Part shown: one piece after another, positions 1 through 13,176 of the stretch
How the letters are laid out: every line of letters starts with the position of its first letter
Numbering within the stretch: position 1 is the stretch's first letter
NCBI GenBank assembly: GCA_963695105.1
Contig: CAVOGC010000008.1
Coordinates: forward strand, 16,030 to 80,029
From: an uncultured Gammaproteobacteria bacterium
GTDB lineage: Bacteria; Pseudomonadota; Gammaproteobacteria; Competibacterales; Competibacteraceae
Length of the DNA stretch: 64,000 bases
Direction of reading: 5' to 3'
Made by a program: the position numbers and the translations under genes
Notes under the pieces: model-generated
Told to the model about the DNA's origin: nothing
The model's database searches: none
The model's input: the letters and a program-made list of their open reading frames with translations, nothing else

Positions 1-369
1 CCGCCACGCCCACACCGAAGGGCTGACGTAATGCACGGTCGGAATACCGCGAACCCGCAACCGACGCTCCAGACCCAGATTGAAATCGGGCGCGTCGATC
101 CCGACGAACACCGCCGGCGGATCGGCGAGCAATTCCCGGTACAGCCGCCGCCGGATGCGCAGCAGCTCCGGCAGATGGCGCAAGACCTCCACCAGCCCCA
201 TCACCGCCAGCCGCTCCAACGGCGCCAGGCTACGCAATCCCTGCTCGATCATGCCGGGTCCGCCGATGCCGCTGAAGCGAGCGTGCGGGTAGCGCGCCTT
301 CAAGGCGGCGATGAGGCCGGCGCCCAGCAAATCGCCCGACAGCTCGCCGGCCACCAGGGCGATGTGCAT
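1..369 (-). CDS. lpxB: lipid-A-disaccharide synthase, N-terminal part (gene continues beyond window start)
   Basis: Manual reverse translation from ATG (revcomp of 367-369) gives [44 protein letters not shown], a typical LpxB N-terminus; sits downstream of lpxA as in E. coli; absent from ORF track because it runs off the window edge. Confidence 0.8.
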   Translation of the reverse strand, partial: MHIALVAGELSGDLLGAGLIAALKARYPHARFSGIGGPGMIEQGLRSLAPLERLAVMGLVEVLRHLPELLRIRRRLYRELLADPPAVFVGIDAPDFNLGLERRLRVRGIPTVHYVSPSVWAWR

Positions 370-381
370 GAGTGGCGCGTT

Positions 382-1155
382 CTAGCGGACGATGCCGCTG
401 CGCGAAGGCGCTGCCAGAAATTCGGCCAGAATCCCCAGCCGCGGCCATTCCATCGCCATTTCCCGAACCTTTTCGGTCGCCTCATCCAGGCGCATGTTGG
501 AACGGTAGATCACTTTATAGGCGCGGCGGATCGCCTGAATCTCTTCATCGGAAAAACCACGGCGACGCAGCCCCTCGGCGTTGATGCCATAGGGTTCGGC
601 ACGATAGCCAGCCACGGTGACGTAAGGCGGCACATCTCGATGAACCCCACAGGCAAATCCGCAAAAACTATGGATCCCCAGTCGGGTGAACTGGTACACC
701 AGCGCGAACCCACCCAGCACCACGTCGTCGTCGATATAGACATGGCCCGCCAGCGACGCGCCGTTGGCGAAAATGGTCCGGTCGCCGACCACGCAATCGT
801 GGGCGATGTGAACGTAGGCCATGATCCAGTTATCGTCGCCCAGCCGGGTCAGGCCGGCATCCTGCGCCGTGCCGCGATTGATCGTCACGAATTCGCGGAT
901 GGTGTTGCGGTCGCCGATCTCCAGGCGGGTCGGCTCGCCGCCGTATTTCTTGTCCTGCGGGATTTCACCCAGCGAGCTGAACTGATAAATCCGGTTGTCG
1001 CGACCGATCCGCGTCGGCCCCTGAATCACGACATGCGGGCCGATCCAGGTGCCGGCGTCAATCTCCACGTTCGGACCGATGATGGAAAAGGGACCGACCG
1101 TCACATCCGCCGCCAATCGAGCCGAAGGGTCCACCACGGCGCGCGCATCGATCAC
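382..1155 (-). CDS. lpxA: acyl-ACP--UDP-GlcNAc O-acyltransferase (hexapeptide repeats)
   Basis: ORF 382..1179; left-handed beta-helix hexapeptide repeats, C-terminal ..[21 protein letters not shown] like E. coli LpxA; probable GTG start at 1155 (VIDARAV aligns with E. coli MIDKSAF) overlapping fabZ stop (GTGA); upstream in-frame start at 1179 possible. Confidence 0.85.
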   Translation of the reverse strand: MIDARAVVDPSARLAADVTVGPFSIIGPNVEIDAGTWIGPHVVIQGPTRIGRDNRIYQFSSLGEIPQDKKYGGEPTRLEIGDRNTIREFVTINRGTAQDAGLTRLGDDNWIMAYVHIAHDCVVGDRTIFANGASLAGHVYIDDDVVLGGFALVYQFTRLGIHSFCGFACGVHRDVPPYVTVAGYRAEPYGINAEGLRRRGFSDEEIQAIRRAYKVIYRSNMRLDEATEKVREMAMEWPRLGILAEFLAAPSRSGIVR

Positions 1156-1601
1156 AAGTCGATGCCCCGCTTGGCGCACATCAAATCGGCGCTCGCCGCC
1201 AGTTGGCCATCCACCTTCGCTTCGCAGACAAACTTGCCGATGCCGCGCTTGATACGCTCCAGCCGCACTTCCAGGATCAACTGGTCGCCCGGTCCAACCG
1301 GCCGCTTGAAGCGGGCATTATCCACCCCGACCAGGTAATACATCGACTGGTGATCCGGTCGCCCGCCGTCGCTCTTGAACGCCAGAATCCCGGTCGCCTG
1401 CGCCAGCGCTTCCAGGATCAGTACGCCGGGCATAATCGGTCGTTGCGGGAAATGGCCGAGGAAAAACGGCTCGTTGAAACTGACGTTCTTGAGGCCGGTC
1501 AGCGACTGCCCCGGCTCGATGGCCAGAACCCGGTCGACCAGTAAAAAGGGATACCGGTGCGGCAGGTATTCCAGAATTTCCTGAATATCCATCGGTTCCA
1601 A
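1152..1601 (-). CDS. fabZ: 3-hydroxyacyl-ACP dehydratase
   Basis: 149 aa, hot-dog fold motifs [31 protein letters not shown]. Confidence 0.9.
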   Translation of the reverse strand: MEPMDIQEILEYLPHRYPFLLVDRVLAIEPGQSLTGLKNVSFNEPFFLGHFPQRPIMPGVLILEALAQATGILAFKSDGGRPDHQSMYYLVGVDNARFKRPVGPGDQLILEVRLERIKRGIGKFVCEAKVDGQLAASADLMCAKRGIDL

Positions 1602-1613
1602 AAACTTATCCTC

Positions 1614-2645
1614 TCAAACGGAGCCGTTTCGACTGATTTTTTTTTCCAGTGCCGCCACCCGCCGGAACAGCTCGTCCAGGCGACGCAGGCGGGCGCTGAT
1701 CTTGTTCCAAAGCCGGTTCGGCTCCACCGCCAAACCCGAAGAGTAGGCGCCCGGCTCGGTGATGGATCGGGCCACCAGCGACATGCCGGTCACTTGCACG
1801 CGATCGGCGATTTCCAGATGGCCGGCGACGCCGACCCCACCGCCGAGCATGCAATGGCGCCCGATGCGGGCGCTGCCCGCGATGCCGACGCAACCGGCCA
1901 GCGCGCTGTGGGCGCCAACCCGCACGTTGTGGGCAATCTGAATCTGGTTGTCCAGCTTGACCCCTTCCTCGATCACGGTATCTTCCAGGGCGCCGCGATC
2001 AACCGTGGTGTTGGCGCCGATCTCGACATCGTCGCCGATCCGGACCCCGCCGAGCTGCGGCACCTTGATCCAGCACCCATCCGGCCCGAGCGCCAGGCCG
2101 AAGCCGTCGCTGCCGATCACCGCGCCTGGATGCACCAGCACCCGACGGCCGATATGCACGCGGTGACAAAGGGTCACCTGCGCCACCAACCGTGTTTCGG
2201 CGCCCACCACCGCCTGCTCGCCGATTACGCAGTTGGGACCGACAGATACGCCCTCGCCCACCACCGCGCCGGCCTCCACCGTGCACTGCGGGCCGATCCA
2301 GGCGCTGGCCGCAACCTGCGCGGAAGGATCGACCCAAGCCGTGGGATGAATTCCGCCACGCGACCCAGCGGCTGGCGCGAACAATGCCGCCGCCCGGGCG
2401 TAGGCGACATGCGGGTTGGCGGCCACCAAAGCCGGCACCGAGCAGTACGCGGCGTCCTCGGGCGACACGATCACGGCCGCCGCCCGAGTACAGGTCAGGA
2501 ACGGGCGATAGCGCGGGTGGGTCAGAAAGCTGATCTGGCCGGGTTCCGCGCCGTGCAGGGGCGCCACGCCGGTGATGACCGTCGCGGCGTCGCACCCTTG
2601 CAAGCGGGCGTTCGCCGCCGCCGCCACTTCGCCCAGCGTGGTCAT
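1614..2645 (-). CDS. lpxD: UDP-3-O-(3-hydroxyacyl)glucosamine N-acyltransferase
   Basis: 343 aa, N-terminal LpxD domain plus hexapeptide repeats; position between skp and fabZ. Confidence 0.9.
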   Translation of the reverse strand: MTTLGEVAAAANARLQGCDAATVITGVAPLHGAEPGQISFLTHPRYRPFLTCTRAAAVIVSPEDAAYCSVPALVAANPHVAYARAAALFAPAAGSRGGIHPTAWVDPSAQVAASAWIGPQCTVEAGAVVGEGVSVGPNCVIGEQAVVGAETRLVAQVTLCHRVHIGRRVLVHPGAVIGSDGFGLALGPDGCWIKVPQLGGVRIGDDVEIGANTTVDRGALEDTVIEEGVKLDNQIQIAHNVRVGAHSALAGCVGIAGSARIGRHCMLGGGVGVAGHLEIADRVQVTGMSLVARSITEPGAYSSGLAVEPNRLWNKISARLRRLDELFRRVAALEKKISRNGSV

Positions 2646-2650
2646 CGGGG

Positions 2651-3154
2651 TTATCGCGTGAGGCGCTTCAGAACCTTGTCGGTGGCATCCACTTGCGGGC
2701 TGGCGTACAGCGTCGCGCTATCGTTGATGACCAGGTCGAAACCTTCTTCCTTGGCGACACTGTTGATCACATCCAGCACCTGCTTCTGGAACTTGCCCAA
2801 CTCCTCGTTGCGGCGCAGGTTGAAGTCCTCGCGGAATTCATCGCTGGTCCGCTTCAGCTCCCGGGCTTGATTGCGGATGTCGCCCTCCAGATTGCGGCGC
2901 TGGCTGTCGCTCATCACCGCCCCATCCTTGGCCAGTTTCTCCTCCAGCCGGCGCAGCGACTTCTGCGCCTCGACCAAGCCTTTTTGCCGCGGCGCGAATT
3001 CCTGTTCCAGCCGCTTACTGGCCGATTCGGCTTGCGGCGCGCTGCTCAGAATCTTGGCGATACTGACGAAGCCGATTTTCAGATCGGCCGCCTGGACCAG
3101 GGAAAGAGGCAGCGCCAGAGCGGTCGCGGCCAACAACTTGCAGATCAGCTTCAC
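2651..3154 (-). CDS. skp: periplasmic chaperone Skp/OmpH
   Basis: OmpH-like coiled-coil protein with signal peptide ([22 protein letters not shown]); probable GTG start at 3154 preceded by GGAGG; ORF track start 3220 probably too long. Confidence 0.8.
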   Translation of the reverse strand: MKLICKLLAATALALPLSLVQAADLKIGFVSIAKILSSAPQAESASKRLEQEFAPRQKGLVEAQKSLRRLEEKLAKDGAVMSDSQRRNLEGDIRNQARELKRTSDEFREDFNLRRNEELGKFQKQVLDVINSVAKEEGFDLVINDSATLYASPQVDATDKVLKRLTR

Positions 3155-3219
3155 TCGATAACCTCCATTAAAAATACCAATATACATCATTAAGTTAAAA
3201 ATAAGCCATCTATCCAGCA

Positions 3220-5508
3220 TCAGTTAAACGGCACGCCAAAGGAGAACTGGAAAACCTCCGTCTCATCGTCCGGCTTATCGTTGAGCGGAGCAGCGACGCT
3301 CACCGCAATGGGTCCGAGCGGGGACAACCACAACCCGGCAATACCGACCGAATAGCGCAGGTCGCTGGCGTCGAAATCACTCGGAGTTGCGAAGACATTG
3401 CCGACATCGAAGAACGCCGCCATCCGCACGTTTTCCGATTTTTCCAGGAACGGCACCGGCAGAATCATCTGTGTATTGGCGACGGTCTTGAACGCACCGC
3501 CGCTCGGTTCGTTATTGCTGTAGCGGGGACCCAGCGTATTGGACTTGTAACCCCGCACCGACCGCAGGCCGCCCGCATAAAAATTTTCGAAAAAGGGCAA
3601 CCCGTCGGAATTACCGTAACCGTCGCCATAGCCGATATCCGCCCCAAGCGTCCAAGTCAGCCACCGGGCAAAGGGGTAGTACACCACCCCCCGGTAGCTG
3701 AGCTTGTAGTATTCAGCGTCGCTGCCCGGCACGGCGAGTTCGGCCGAGATTTGATTCAGGCTGCCGCTGGTCGGAAAAATAATCCGGTTGCGGCTGTCCC
3801 GCGCCCAACTGGCATCCAGTTTGAATTCGTTGAAGGTGTCGCCGTTCTGCCTGATATATTCCAGGATTTCAACGGGCGTGCCGGTCGTCGTGTCGATCGT
3901 AATATGATCGTAGCCGGGCAGCAGCAGCAGCGTATCGAATTCGTTAAGCGGGAACCCGAAACTGACCTGGGCGCCGTAGCTGTTGAGCACATAGTCGGCG
4001 GTGTTGACCTGCGCGGCGTCGATATCCCGATAGTAAAGCCGGAACCCGCGGCTGATACCGTCCGGCGTATAGTAGGGATTGTTATAGAAAAGACTGTAGT
4101 TGGCGCCGGCATCGCTATTGTTGAGCACCAGGCTCATCTGGTTGCCGGTGCCGAGGAAATTGTTCTGGGTCACGCTCGCGTTGAGCAACAAACCCGAATC
4201 CTGGCCGTAGCCGATGCCGAACAGCAGACTCCCCGACGGGCGCTCGACCACGGTGTAATTCACATCGACCTGATCGTTGGTTCCGGGCACGGCCGGCGTC
4301 TCGACGCTGACGCTTTCCAAATACTCCAGGCGCTGCAAGCGCGTCTTGGAGCGGTCGAGATCCTTGGTCGAAACCCAGGCGCCTTCCGCCTGACGCAGTT
4401 CCCGCCGCAGCACTTCGTCCTGGGTTTTGATGTTGCCCTGAAAGTTGATGCGCCGCGCGTAAACCCGCTGGCCCGGATCCACCACGAAGCTCAAGGCGAC
4501 TTTTCGGGTTTCGTCGTTGACTTGGGGGACGGTATTGATATTGGCGAACGCATACCCCTCCTCGCCCAGACGCTCGCTCAATTTCTTGGTGGTTTCGGCC
4601 ATCTTGGCGCGGGAAAAGGTTTCGCCCGCCTTGATCGTAATCAGCTCCCGCAAATCCTGCTCCGGGACCTCGCCGAAATTTCCGACCAGTTGGATGTCTT
4701 CAATGGTGTAGGGCTCACCCTCGGTGATGTTGATGGTGATGTAGACATCTTTCTTGTCGGGCGTGATCGAAACCTGAGTGGAATCGACGTTGAACTTGAG
4801 ATAGCCTCGATCCAGATAAAAGGAGCGCAACGTCTCGATGTCGGCCGCCAGCTTCTGCTTGGAATACTGATCGTCCTTGCTGAAAAAGGACAACCAGCCG
4901 GTGGTGGAGGACTGCAACAGGCCCAGCAGTTCCTTGTCGCTGAAAGCCTGATTGCCGACGATATTGATCTGGCCAATGCTGGCCACCGCGCCTTCCGAAA
5001 TCTCGATGGTGATGGCGACTCGATTGCGCTCCAGAGGCCGCACCTGACTTTCGATCCGCACCGCGTAACGGCCACGGCTGTAATACTGTCGCAGCAGTTC
5101 CTGTTCCACCTTGTCGAGCAGGGAGCGATCGAAGACCCGGCCCTCGACCAGACCGACCTCGGCCAGCGCCTTCTTCAGGTCGTCGGTGCTGATATCCTCA
5201 TTGCCGGTGATCCGAACCTCGGAAATCGCCGGCCGCTCGGTCACGGTCACCACCAGCACATTGCCTTTGCGTTCCAGGCTGACATCGGTGAAGAATCCGG
5301 TCTTGAACAGCGCGCGGATGATTTCCGGATATTCCTGCTCGGAAACCGACGAACCGACCTGTACCGGCAGGTAGTTGAACACGGTGCCAGCGGAAATGCG
5401 CTGCAAGCCATCGACCTGGATGTCCTGAACGACGAATTCGCCGGCTCGCGCCCCGCAGGCCGCGACCATCAGACCGAAAGAGAAAATCAGGCGGCGATAC
5501 AATTTCAT
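3220..5508 (-). CDS. bamA: outer membrane protein assembly factor BamA (Omp85)
   Basis: 783-aa ORF with POTRA repeats and C-terminal Omp85 barrel ending ..GVPFN; signal peptide begins at [22 protein letters not shown], so start 5508 preferred over 5571 (5571 would overlap rseP). Confidence 0.9.
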   Translation of the reverse strand: MKLYRRLIFSFGLMVAACGARAGEFVVQDIQVDGLQRISAGTVFNYLPVQVGSSVSEQEYPEIIRALFKTGFFTDVSLERKGNVLVVTVTERPAISEVRITGNEDISTDDLKKALAEVGLVEGRVFDRSLLDKVEQELLRQYYSRGRYAVRIESQVRPLERNRVAITIEISEGAVASIGQINIVGNQAFSDKELLGLLQSSTTGWLSFFSKDDQYSKQKLAADIETLRSFYLDRGYLKFNVDSTQVSITPDKKDVYITINITEGEPYTIEDIQLVGNFGEVPEQDLRELITIKAGETFSRAKMAETTKKLSERLGEEGYAFANINTVPQVNDETRKVALSFVVDPGQRVYARRINFQGNIKTQDEVLRRELRQAEGAWVSTKDLDRSKTRLQRLEYLESVSVETPAVPGTNDQVDVNYTVVERPSGSLLFGIGYGQDSGLLLNASVTQNNFLGTGNQMSLVLNNSDAGANYSLFYNNPYYTPDGISRGFRLYYRDIDAAQVNTADYVLNSYGAQVSFGFPLNEFDTLLLLPGYDHITIDTTTGTPVEILEYIRQNGDTFNEFKLDASWARDSRNRIIFPTSGSLNQISAELAVPGSDAEYYKLSYRGVVYYPFARWLTWTLGADIGYGDGYGNSDGLPFFENFYAGGLRSVRGYKSNTLGPRYSNNEPSGGAFKTVANTQMILPVPFLEKSENVRMAAFFDVGNVFATPSDFDASDLRYSVGIAGLWLSPLGPIAVSVAAPLNDKPDDETEVFQFSFGVPFN

Positions 5509-5545
5509 AAGTACGTGGTTACCCCAAAGCCCGGGCGATTGGTTC

Positions 5546-6910
5546 TTATCCGATGATACGACTGAAGTCATTGAACAGGGCCAGCCCCATCAACAGCAGC
5601 AAAACGGCGATCCCCATCTGCTGCCCCAGGTTCTGCACCGTTTCCGACAACGGGCTGCCCTTGATCAGTTCGATCAAGTAATACAACAGGTGGCCGCCGT
5701 CCAAAACTGGCACCGGCAGCAGGTTCAACACCCCCAAACTGATGCTGACCAGGGCCAGCAGCGACAAAAACGCGATCAAACCGGCGCTGGCCGCCTGACC
5801 GGCGAACTGAGCGATGGTTAACGGACCACTGAGATTGTCCAGCGAGGCCTTGCCGATCAGCATCCGCCCCAACATGCGCAGGGTCAGCAACGACATGTCC
5901 CAGGTTTTGCCGAGCGCCGCGCCGACCGCGTCCAGCGGGCCATAACGTACCACGACCCGCAAGCTCCGGGCGAGGTCTTCCGGCACATCGGCGACGGCGC
6001 CGATGAACCCGACCTGCTGGCCTTGCTCGTTTTCCCGCATATTGGGAACCAGTTCCAGCACCTGCTCGGCCCCCTCGCGCTCGATACGCACCCTGAGAGA
6101 TTGGCCGGGATGCCGCTCGATCGCCTCGCGCCATTGCTGCCAGTCCGCAACGGATTTGCCGTCGGCCAGCACGATGCGGTCGCCCGGTCGCAACCCAGCC
6201 CGCTCGGCCGCGCCGTCACGCATCACCTGACCGATCACCGCCGGCAACGCCGGTCGCCAAGGCGCCAGCCCAACCCGCTCAAAAACCTGCGCCGTATCGG
6301 CCAATCCCTGGATCTCGCCTGTGTCCAGCGTTCGGATTCGGGTCCGGTCGTCGGCGTCCAGCACTTCGACCTTGATCACCTCTTCGGCCATGGCCCGATC
6401 CACCAGCGCCAGCACCACCGCGCTCAGCGTCGGCGCCGGTTTACCGTCGATGGCCACCACCAGGTCGTCCTTGCGAAAACCGCCCGCCTCGGCCAGCGAC
6501 CCTGGCCGCGGTTCGTCCAGCAGCGGTTTAACTCCCGGTATGCCAACCATGAACATGAAGGCATACGCGAGCACGGCGAACAGAAAATTAAAGGCGGGTC
6601 CAGCCAGCACGATGGCGATGCGCGAACCCACCGGCTGACGGTTGAAGGCCCGCTGCTGCTCGACCGGCGGCACCTCGCCTTCGCGCTCGTCCAGCATCTT
6701 CACATAGCCGCCCAGGGGTAGCACGGCGATCACATACTCCACGCCGTCCCGGCCGAGCCGGCGCCAAAGCGGCCGACCGAAACCGATGGAAAACTTCAAC
6801 ACCTTGACGCCCAGGCGACGCGCGACCCAGAAATGACCGAATTCATGGACGGTGATCAACACTCCCAGGGTGACGATCAAAGCCAGAGCCGAAATCAGTG
6901 AATTGCTCAT
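5546..6910 (-). CDS. rseP: RIP zinc metalloprotease RseP (sigma-E protease)
   Basis: HEFGHF zinc motif at N-terminus, PDZ region, C-terminal LDGGH; start at internal ATG 6910 ([13 protein letters not shown]..) preceded by GGAGG; dxr stop 1 nt upstream. Confidence 0.9.
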   Translation of the reverse strand: MSNSLISALALIVTLGVLITVHEFGHFWVARRLGVKVLKFSIGFGRPLWRRLGRDGVEYVIAVLPLGGYVKMLDEREGEVPPVEQQRAFNRQPVGSRIAIVLAGPAFNFLFAVLAYAFMFMVGIPGVKPLLDEPRPGSLAEAGGFRKDDLVVAIDGKPAPTLSAVVLALVDRAMAEEVIKVEVLDADDRTRIRTLDTGEIQGLADTAQVFERVGLAPWRPALPAVIGQVMRDGAAERAGLRPGDRIVLADGKSVADWQQWREAIERHPGQSLRVRIEREGAEQVLELVPNMRENEQGQQVGFIGAVADVPEDLARSLRVVVRYGPLDAVGAALGKTWDMSLLTLRMLGRMLIGKASLDNLSGPLTIAQFAGQAASAGLIAFLSLLALVSISLGVLNLLPVPVLDGGHLLYYLIELIKGSPLSETVQNLGQQMGIAVLLLLMGLALFNDFSRIIG

Positions 6911-6911
6911 C

Positions 6912-8111
6912 TTAAACCTCCAACGCCCGGGCGGCGATCCAGCCGTCGGCGACGGCCCGCGCCTGTAAGTCACTATCGAGAATCGCCGCAAGTTCCCCGG
7001 CCGCGCTTACGGGCGCCTGCTCCAGAGTATGCTCCACCACGGCGGCGATGTCGGTGAAACGAATGCGCCGTTCGAGGAATGCCTGAACCGCTACTTCGTT
7101 GGCGGCATTCAGCACGGCCGGCGCGGTCCCGCCCGCTTCCAGCGCGGCGAAGGCCAGTCGCAAACAGGGAAAACGGGCAAAATCGGGCGCCTGAAATTCC
7201 AGTTTTCCCAGCCGGGCAAAATCCAGGAAAGTCACTCCGGAAGCCAGCCGCCGCGGCCAGGCCAAGGCGTGGGCGATGGGGGTGCGCATATCGGGATTGC
7301 CCAATTGCGCCAGCACCGAACCGTCCTGATATTCGACCATCGAGTGGATCACGCTCTGCGGATGCACCACCACTTCGATCGCCGCCGTCGGGGCTTCGAA
7401 CAGCCAGTGCGCCTCGATGACCTCCAGTCCTTTGTTCATCATGGTAGCGGAATCGACCGAAATCTTGCGGCCCATGCTCCAGTTGGGATGGGCGCAGGCC
7501 TGCTCGGGGGTGACTTCCGCCAGTTGCGCCAGCGGCGCGATTCGAAACGGCCCGCCGGAGCCGGTCAGTAGAATCCGGCGCACGCCGGCGGCGGCAAGGC
7601 CGGTGCGCGCGAAATCCGCCGGCAGGCATTGAAACACCGCGTTGTGCTCGCTATCGATCGGCAGCAGCTCCGCGCCGTGCTGGCGGATCGCCGTCATGAA
7701 CAGCGGCCCGGCCATGACCAGCGCTTCCTTGTTGGCCAGCAGCACCCGCTTGCCGGCCCGCGCCGCCGCCAGGGTCGGCAGCAAACCCGCCGCGCCGACA
7801 ATGGCCGCCATCACATAAGCGGCTTCGGGCAAGGTCGCCGCACGCTCCAGCCCGGCGACCCCGGCCAGCACCTCGACCGACCGGCCCAGCGCCCGCAACC
7901 GCTCCCGCAACCGTTCGGCGGCGGCGGCATCGGCCAGAACCGCAACATCCGGTTCGTGCGTCAGGCACTGCTGGAACAGCGCCTCGACATCCCGGTGAGC
8001 GGTCAGGGCCACAACCCGAAAACGGTCGGGATGGCGTTGCAGCACATCGAGGGTGCTAACGCCGATCGAACCGGTCGAACCCAGGATGGCGACCCCGATA
8101 CGCTCGCTCAT
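6912..8111 (-). CDS. dxr: 1-deoxy-D-xylulose-5-phosphate reductoisomerase
   Basis: 399 aa, N-terminal GSTGSIG NADPH motif, full-length Dxr architecture. Confidence 0.9.
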   Translation of the reverse strand: MSERIGVAILGSTGSIGVSTLDVLQRHPDRFRVVALTAHRDVEALFQQCLTHEPDVAVLADAAAAERLRERLRALGRSVEVLAGVAGLERAATLPEAAYVMAAIVGAAGLLPTLAAARAGKRVLLANKEALVMAGPLFMTAIRQHGAELLPIDSEHNAVFQCLPADFARTGLAAAGVRRILLTGSGGPFRIAPLAQLAEVTPEQACAHPNWSMGRKISVDSATMMNKGLEVIEAHWLFEAPTAAIEVVVHPQSVIHSMVEYQDGSVLAQLGNPDMRTPIAHALAWPRRLASGVTFLDFARLGKLEFQAPDFARFPCLRLAFAALEAGGTAPAVLNAANEVAVQAFLERRIRFTDIAAVVEHTLEQAPVSAAGELAAILDSDLQARAVADGWIAARALEV

Positions 8112-8917
8112 CCCCGCATTCCGTACAGCCCCAGCAGGAACACCGGCGTGGCGGCGGTCAGGCTGTCGACCCGGTCGAGCACGCCGCCGTGGCCGGGCAA
8201 CAGCGTGCCGCTATCCTTCATGCCGCGCTGTCGCTTCAGCATGCTCTCGAACAGATCTCCGGCGATGGAGAAACCGACCGTCACCATGCAGACCGCCACG
8301 AACCAGGGCCAGCGCGCACCGATATCCAGCACCGCCGCGCCGGCCAGCGCGAACATGAGCGCGGCCATTCCGGCGCCCAGCGCCCCTTCCCAAGTCTTAC
8401 CCGGGCTGATGGCGACCGCCAGCTTGCGCCGCCCCCAGCGGCGGCCGGCGAAATAGGCGCCGATATCGGCGATCCAGACCAGCAGAAACAGGAACAACAC
8501 ATAGGCCGGCCCGAATTCGTCCCGCAACGCCATGAATGCCACCCAGGGCGCGGCCAGCACGATCACGCCGGTCGCCGCGACGGTCGCCGCGCGGTCCCGG
8601 CGTTCAGGGCGCGCGGCGTAGCGCCACATCCAAAATAGAGCATAGCACCAGCCGACCACCACGCAGCCCAGCAAACCGGCGACGAAGGCGGCGTTGCCCA
8701 CCCACGGCCAGAGCGCCAGAATCAGGGTCAGCACCAGCCCACCGTACAGCAGGCGGTGACGCGGCCCGCTCAACCCCGCCAGCCCGGCCCATTCCCAGGC
8801 ACCCAGCAGGATCACCGCCAGCAGCAGCAGACCGAAACCGGCCAGCGGCAGTTTCATCACCGCCCAGACAACCAGCACGGCCAGCACGACCGCCGTCATG
8901 ACTCGCTGTTTAAGCAT
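8108..8917 (-). CDS. cdsA: phosphatidate cytidylyltransferase
   Basis: Polytopic membrane protein starting [13 protein letters not shown]; the 349-aa track ORF (8108..9157) is N-terminally over-extended into uppS; ATG at 8917; stop overlaps dxr start (ATGA). Confidence 0.85.
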   Translation of the reverse strand: MLKQRVMTAVVLAVLVVWAVMKLPLAGFGLLLLAVILLGAWEWAGLAGLSGPRHRLLYGGLVLTLILALWPWVGNAAFVAGLLGCVVVGWCYALFWMWRYAARPERRDRAATVAATGVIVLAAPWVAFMALRDEFGPAYVLFLFLLVWIADIGAYFAGRRWGRRKLAVAISPGKTWEGALGAGMAALMFALAGAAVLDIGARWPWFVAVCMVTVGFSIAGDLFESMLKRQRGMKDSGTLLPGHGGVLDRVDSLTAATPVFLLGLYGMRG

Positions 8918-9677
8918 GTTGGCTTTGCACCACCTGTTCGGCGGTCCGACCGAAGCGCCGCTGCCGGCTGGCGAACGCGGCGCAGGCGGATTCCAGGTCG
9001 CCGTCATCGTAATCGGGCCACAGCCGGTCGGTAAAATACAGTTCGGTGTACGCCATCTGCCACAGCAGAAAATTACTGATGCGCTGCTCGCCGCCGGTAC
9101 GGATGAACAGATCCGGCTCGGGCAGATCGGACAAACAGGTAAAGGAGTGCAGGACACCGGGGGTGATATCGCCTGGCTGCAATCGGCCTTCCAGCACGGC
9201 TTCGGACACCCGGCGCGCCGCCTGGGCCAAGTCCCAGCGCCCGCCGTAGTTGGCGGCGATGACCAGGGTTAAACCGGTGTTGGCGACGGTCCGCCGCTCG
9301 GCCTTGACGATGTAATCCTGCAAGTTTGCGGGAAAGGCACTGTAATCGCCGATGAAGCGCAACCGCACGTTGGCGGTGTCCAGCCGACGAATTTCGCCGC
9401 GCAGGGTGGTCAGAAACAACTTCAACAGCACCTCGACCTCCGGTCGCGGTCGCCGCCAGTTTTCGCTGCTGAAGGCAAACAGCGTCAGCACTTCGATGTC
9501 GCGCTCGCTGCACGCCTGCACGATCCGGCGCACCGCCTTGGCGCCCTCCCGGTGGCCCGCCGTTCGCGGCAGGGACCGCTGCTGCGCCCAGCGGCCGTTG
9601 CCGTCCATGACAATGGCGATGTGGCGAGGTAACGGCTGGCACGGCGCCCGTGGTGGCATCGGGACGTCAACCGACAT
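8910..9677 (-). CDS. uppS: undecaprenyl-diphosphate synthase (isoprenyl transferase)
   Basis: 255 aa, LPRHIAIVMDGNGRWA motif diagnostic of cis-prenyltransferases. Confidence 0.9.
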   Translation of the reverse strand: MSVDVPMPPRAPCQPLPRHIAIVMDGNGRWAQQRSLPRTAGHREGAKAVRRIVQACSERDIEVLTLFAFSSENWRRPRPEVEVLLKLFLTTLRGEIRRLDTANVRLRFIGDYSAFPANLQDYIVKAERRTVANTGLTLVIAANYGGRWDLAQAARRVSEAVLEGRLQPGDITPGVLHSFTCLSDLPEPDLFIRTGGEQRISNFLLWQMAYTELYFTDRLWPDYDDGDLESACAAFASRQRRFGRTAEQVVQSQHA

Positions 9678-9733
9678 TCGAGAGGGTCCTCGTCAGGTTC
9701 GCGCTCACCGCGGCTTGCCCCCGCACCGGCGCT

Positions 9734-10300
9734 TCAAATTTCCATCAATTCGGCTTCCTTGGCCGAAAGCACCTTGTCCACGTCCTGAATGTGCCGGTCG
9801 GTGAGTTTCTGAATCTCATCCTGGGTCTGTCGTTCGGCGTCCTCGGCGATCTTCTTGTCCTTGAGCAAGGCCTTGAGTTGGTTGTTGGCGTCGCGGCGAA
9901 TATTGCGAACCGCCACCTTGGCGCCTTCGCCTTCCTGCCGGACCACCTTGACCAGATCGCGGCGGCGCTCCTCGGTCAACGGTGGCAGCGGCACCCGAAT
10001 GACTGTCCCGGCCGAAGCGGGATTCAACCCCAGATCGGACTTTAAAATGGCCTTCTCAATCGGCCCCACCATGTTTTTTTCCCAGGGCGTCACCAGCAGG
10101 GTGCGCGCGTCGCTGACGCCGACCGAAGCCACTTGGCCAAGTGGCGCTTCGCTGCCGTAGTAGCTGACCGTAATGTGATCCAGCAAGCTGGCATGCGCGC
10201 GCCCGGTCCGCAACTTGGTCAATTCCTGCTTGAGGTTGTCCACGCTCTTGGCCATCCGGTCAGCCGCTTCTTTCTTGATGTCATCGATCATGGTCGTCAT
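9734..10300 (-). CDS. frr: ribosome recycling factor
   Basis: [39 protein letters not shown]; start ATG at 10300 (MTTM) overlaps pyrH stop as ATGA, alternative ATG at 10291; track ORF 9734..10405 over-extended. Confidence 0.9.
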   Translation of the reverse strand: MTTMIDDIKKEAADRMAKSVDNLKQELTKLRTGRAHASLLDHITVSYYGSEAPLGQVASVGVSDARTLLVTPWEKNMVGPIEKAILKSDLGLNPASAGTVIRVPLPPLTEERRRDLVKVVRQEGEGAKVAVRNIRRDANNQLKALLKDKKIAEDAERQTQDEIQKLTDRHIQDVDKVLSAKEAELMEI

Positions 10301-11028
10301 TCCCGCACCACAGTGGTGCCCACGCTTTCGCCGCACACGACCCGTACCAGGTCCCCGTGGCGGTTGATGTTGAAAACCTTCAGCGGTATGTCGTTCTCCC
10401 GACACATGACAATGGCCGTGGCGTCCATCACCTGCAGTTTGCGCGCCAGGGCCTCGTCGTAGGTCAGCCGATCGTAACGCACTGCCTTGAGATCCTTGAA
10501 AGGGTCCGCTGAATAGATACCGTCCACCTTGGTCGCCTTGAGCATCACCTCGGCGCTGATCTCGATGGCTCGCAAGCTGGCGGCGGAATCGGTGGTAAAA
10601 AAGGGGTTGCCGGTGCCGGCGGCGAAAATCACCACCCGGCCCTTTTCCAGATGACGGATGGCGCGGCGGCGAATGTAGTCCTCGCAGACTTCGTTGATGC
10701 GGATCGCCGACATCACCCGGGTGAATACCCCCAGCCGTTCCAGGGTATCCTGCATCGCCAACGAGTTCATGACCGTGGCCAGCATGCCCATGTGGTCGGC
10801 CGCGACCCGATCCATCCCCTTCTTGGCCAACCCGGCTCCTCGAAACAGGTTGCCGCCGCCGATGACCATGCCCACCTCAACCCCGAACTGGCACAATTCC
10901 CGCAACTCGCCCGCGATGCGCGCCAGCACATCGGGGTCGATGCCGTAGTCACCCTCGCCCATCAGGACTTCGCCGCTGAGCTTGAGAAGAATCCGCTTGA
11001 ACGCTGGTCTGGAGTTCGGCATGGTCAT
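10297..11028 (-). CDS. pyrH: UMP kinase
   Basis: [14 protein letters not shown]..amino-acid kinase fold; start at internal ATG 11028 ([20 protein letters not shown]). Confidence 0.9.
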   Translation of the reverse strand: MTMPNSRPAFKRILLKLSGEVLMGEGDYGIDPDVLARIAGELRELCQFGVEVGMVIGGGNLFRGAGLAKKGMDRVAADHMGMLATVMNSLAMQDTLERLGVFTRVMSAIRINEVCEDYIRRRAIRHLEKGRVVIFAAGTGNPFFTTDSAASLRAIEISAEVMLKATKVDGIYSADPFKDLKAVRYDRLTYDEALARKLQVMDATAIVMCRENDIPLKVFNINRHGDLVRVVCGESVGTTVVRE

Positions 11029-11105
11029 CGCGCAACCTGCAATATCGGTACTGAGAGAATTGTACTGTAATCGCAGCGTCGGCGGCAGTGGCGGCACGGC
11101 GCGCG

Positions 11106-11984
11106 TCAGTCGCCTCGCGCCTGAGCCATCACCTCGGCGGCGAAATTGTCGGATCTTCTCTCAATCCCTTCACCCAGTTCGAAGCGTTCGAACCGGACCG
11201 CCCGGGCCTGATGGGCCTTCAGCAGTTTTTCCACGCTTTGCTCGGGATCCTTGACGAACGGCTGGCCCAGCAGGGTGACTTCATCGAAGTACTTGCGCAG
11301 CCGTCCCTCCACCATCTTTTCGATAATGTTGGCCGGCTTGCCGCTGGTCGCCGCTTGCGCCGCGAAAATTTCCTTCTCCTTGGCCACATGCTCGGTCGGT
11401 ATCTGGTCGGCACTGACGCACAGCGGCCGGCTGGCGGCGACATGCATGGCGATATCCCGGGCCAAATCGCCATCGCCGCCGTCCAGTTCGACCAGCACGC
11501 CGATGCGAGTTCCATGCAGGTAGCTGCCCAGCACGCCGCCGGAGGTCGCCAGCCGGGCGAAGCGGCGGACATTGACGTTCTCGCCGATTTTGGCGATGCA
11601 CTCCCGCCGGCTCTGCTCGACGCTCTGGCCGTTCGCCACGGGCAAGGCCAGCAGCGCCTCCAGATCGGCGGGCTCATTATTCAGGACCACCTCGGCCACG
11701 GCGGCGGCGAATTCCCGGAAGTCGTCGTTCTTGGTGACGAAATCGGTTTCGCAGTTCACCTCGACCATGGCCGCCGCGCCGGCCGCCTGCCTGATGACGA
11801 TCAGGCCCTCGGCGGCTACCCGGCTGGCTTTCTTGTCAGCCTTGGCCTGTCCGGCCTTGCGCATCAATTCGACCGCCGCTTCGATATCGCCCTGGGTCTC
11901 CTGCAGGGCTTTCTTGCATTCCATCATTCCCGAACCCGTGCGTTCGCGCAGTTCTTTAACCAGCGTCGCCGTAATTTCCACCAT
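11106..11984 (-). CDS. tsf: translation elongation factor Ts
   Basis: [30 protein letters not shown]-like N-terminus typical of EF-Ts; start at 11984. Confidence 0.9.
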   Translation of the reverse strand: MVEITATLVKELRERTGSGMMECKKALQETQGDIEAAVELMRKAGQAKADKKASRVAAEGLIVIRQAAGAAAMVEVNCETDFVTKNDDFREFAAAVAEVVLNNEPADLEALLALPVANGQSVEQSRRECIAKIGENVNVRRFARLATSGGVLGSYLHGTRIGVLVELDGGDGDLARDIAMHVAASRPLCVSADQIPTEHVAKEKEIFAAQAATSGKPANIIEKMVEGRLRKYFDEVTLLGQPFVKDPEQSVEKLLKAHQARAVRFERFELGEGIERRSDNFAAEVMAQARGD

Positions 11985-12125
11985 GCTCACGTACCTCATT
12001 AAATAGATTTACCGCAATCAATCTGAAACCGGACTGAACCGAACTCATTAAAAAAAGGCTCGCGAGCGTCAGGCACACGAGCCTCTTTGACAAAATCCGG
12101 TATTAAGCGGAAGAATCAGCGAAGA

Positions 12126-12884
12126 TCAAACGCCATCGCCCGCCGGCAGCGTCTCTTCCTCCGGGATTTCGATGAACTCTTCCTCGGCGCGGCCCGAGGT
12201 CAGCACCGCGCGTCCTTCCAGCACTGCTTCCGCCAGACCGCCCACGTAGAGCTGAATGGCGCGGATGGCGTCATCGTTGCCGGGGATGATATAGCTGATA
12301 CCGTCGGGCGAATTGTTGCTATCGACCACCCCAACCACCGGTATCCCCAGTTTATTGGCCTCCTGCACGGCGATGCGTTCGTGGCCGACGTCGATCACGA
12401 ACAGCGCATCCGGCAAGCTGGCCATGTCCTTGATGCCGCCCAAGCTGCGTTCCAGCTTGCCCATATCCCGCCGCAAACCGATGACTTCTTTCTTGGCCAA
12501 CTGCTCGAAAGTGCCGTCCTGAGCCATCAGCTCCAGATCCTTGAGCCGTTTGATGGACTGGCGGACGGTCTTGAAGTTGGTCAGCATACCGCCCAGCCAG
12601 CGGTGATTGACATAAGGCATGCCGCAACGGAGCGCCGCTTCGGCGGTCGCCTCGCGGGCCGAGCGCTTGGTGCCCACCAGCATGATCTTGCCACCCTTGG
12701 AAGCCAGCCGCCCGATGAAATTCAGTGCTTCCAGATACAGCGGCAGGGTTTTTTCCAGATTGATGATGTAGATCTTGCTGCGCGCCCCGAAGATATACGG
12801 GGCCATTTTGGGATTCCAGTAACGGGTCTGGTGGCCGAAATGCACGCCGGCCTCCAGCATCTGGCGCATGGAAATGGTCGCCAT
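12126..12884 (-). CDS. rpsB: 30S ribosomal protein S2
   Basis: [27 protein letters not shown].. canonical S2 N-terminus; start at 12884. Confidence 0.95.
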   Translation of the reverse strand: MATISMRQMLEAGVHFGHQTRYWNPKMAPYIFGARSKIYIINLEKTLPLYLEALNFIGRLASKGGKIMLVGTKRSAREATAEAALRCGMPYVNHRWLGGMLTNFKTVRQSIKRLKDLELMAQDGTFEQLAKKEVIGLRRDMGKLERSLGGIKDMASLPDALFVIDVGHERIAVQEANKLGIPVVGVVDSNNSPDGISYIIPGNDDAIRAIQLYVGGLAEAVLEGRAVLTSGRAEEEFIEIPEEETLPAGDGV

Positions 12885-13176
12885 TGCCGAAATTCTCCTC
12901 AAGGATTTGGGGTTAAGCCTCCATCCGCCCCAAGCGACGACCCCCTCATGGGGGCACCCGGTCGCCCGTGCCGGCGAATGTGCGAAGTGTGTGCAACGCT
13001 AGAAGGTTTGCCTAAAAGGCGCGCGCTTTATAACATGGATTGTTCGGGAAAACCAAATGAACCGCCGCCCGCGGGCACTGTCCCAAACACCGCGGCCCGC
13101 TCCGGACGCCGTCCCCCGCCCATCGCCCATATGCCCGTAGACCGACGCCATGTTTCAGAAAAACCCCAGGAAATCG

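Noticed and set aside
31-1338. 435-aa plus-strand ORF overlapping lpxB/lpxA/fabZ
   Set aside because: Antisense to three well-supported conserved genes; Arg/Ala/Gly-rich composition typical of GC-rich antisense frames.
1557-2870. 437-aa plus-strand ORF over lpxD/skp
   Set aside because: Antisense of lpxD; no recognisable motifs; GC artefact.
3751-5556. 601-aa plus-strand ORF inside bamA
   Set aside because: Antisense of the bamA barrel/POTRA region; bamA assignment is unambiguous.
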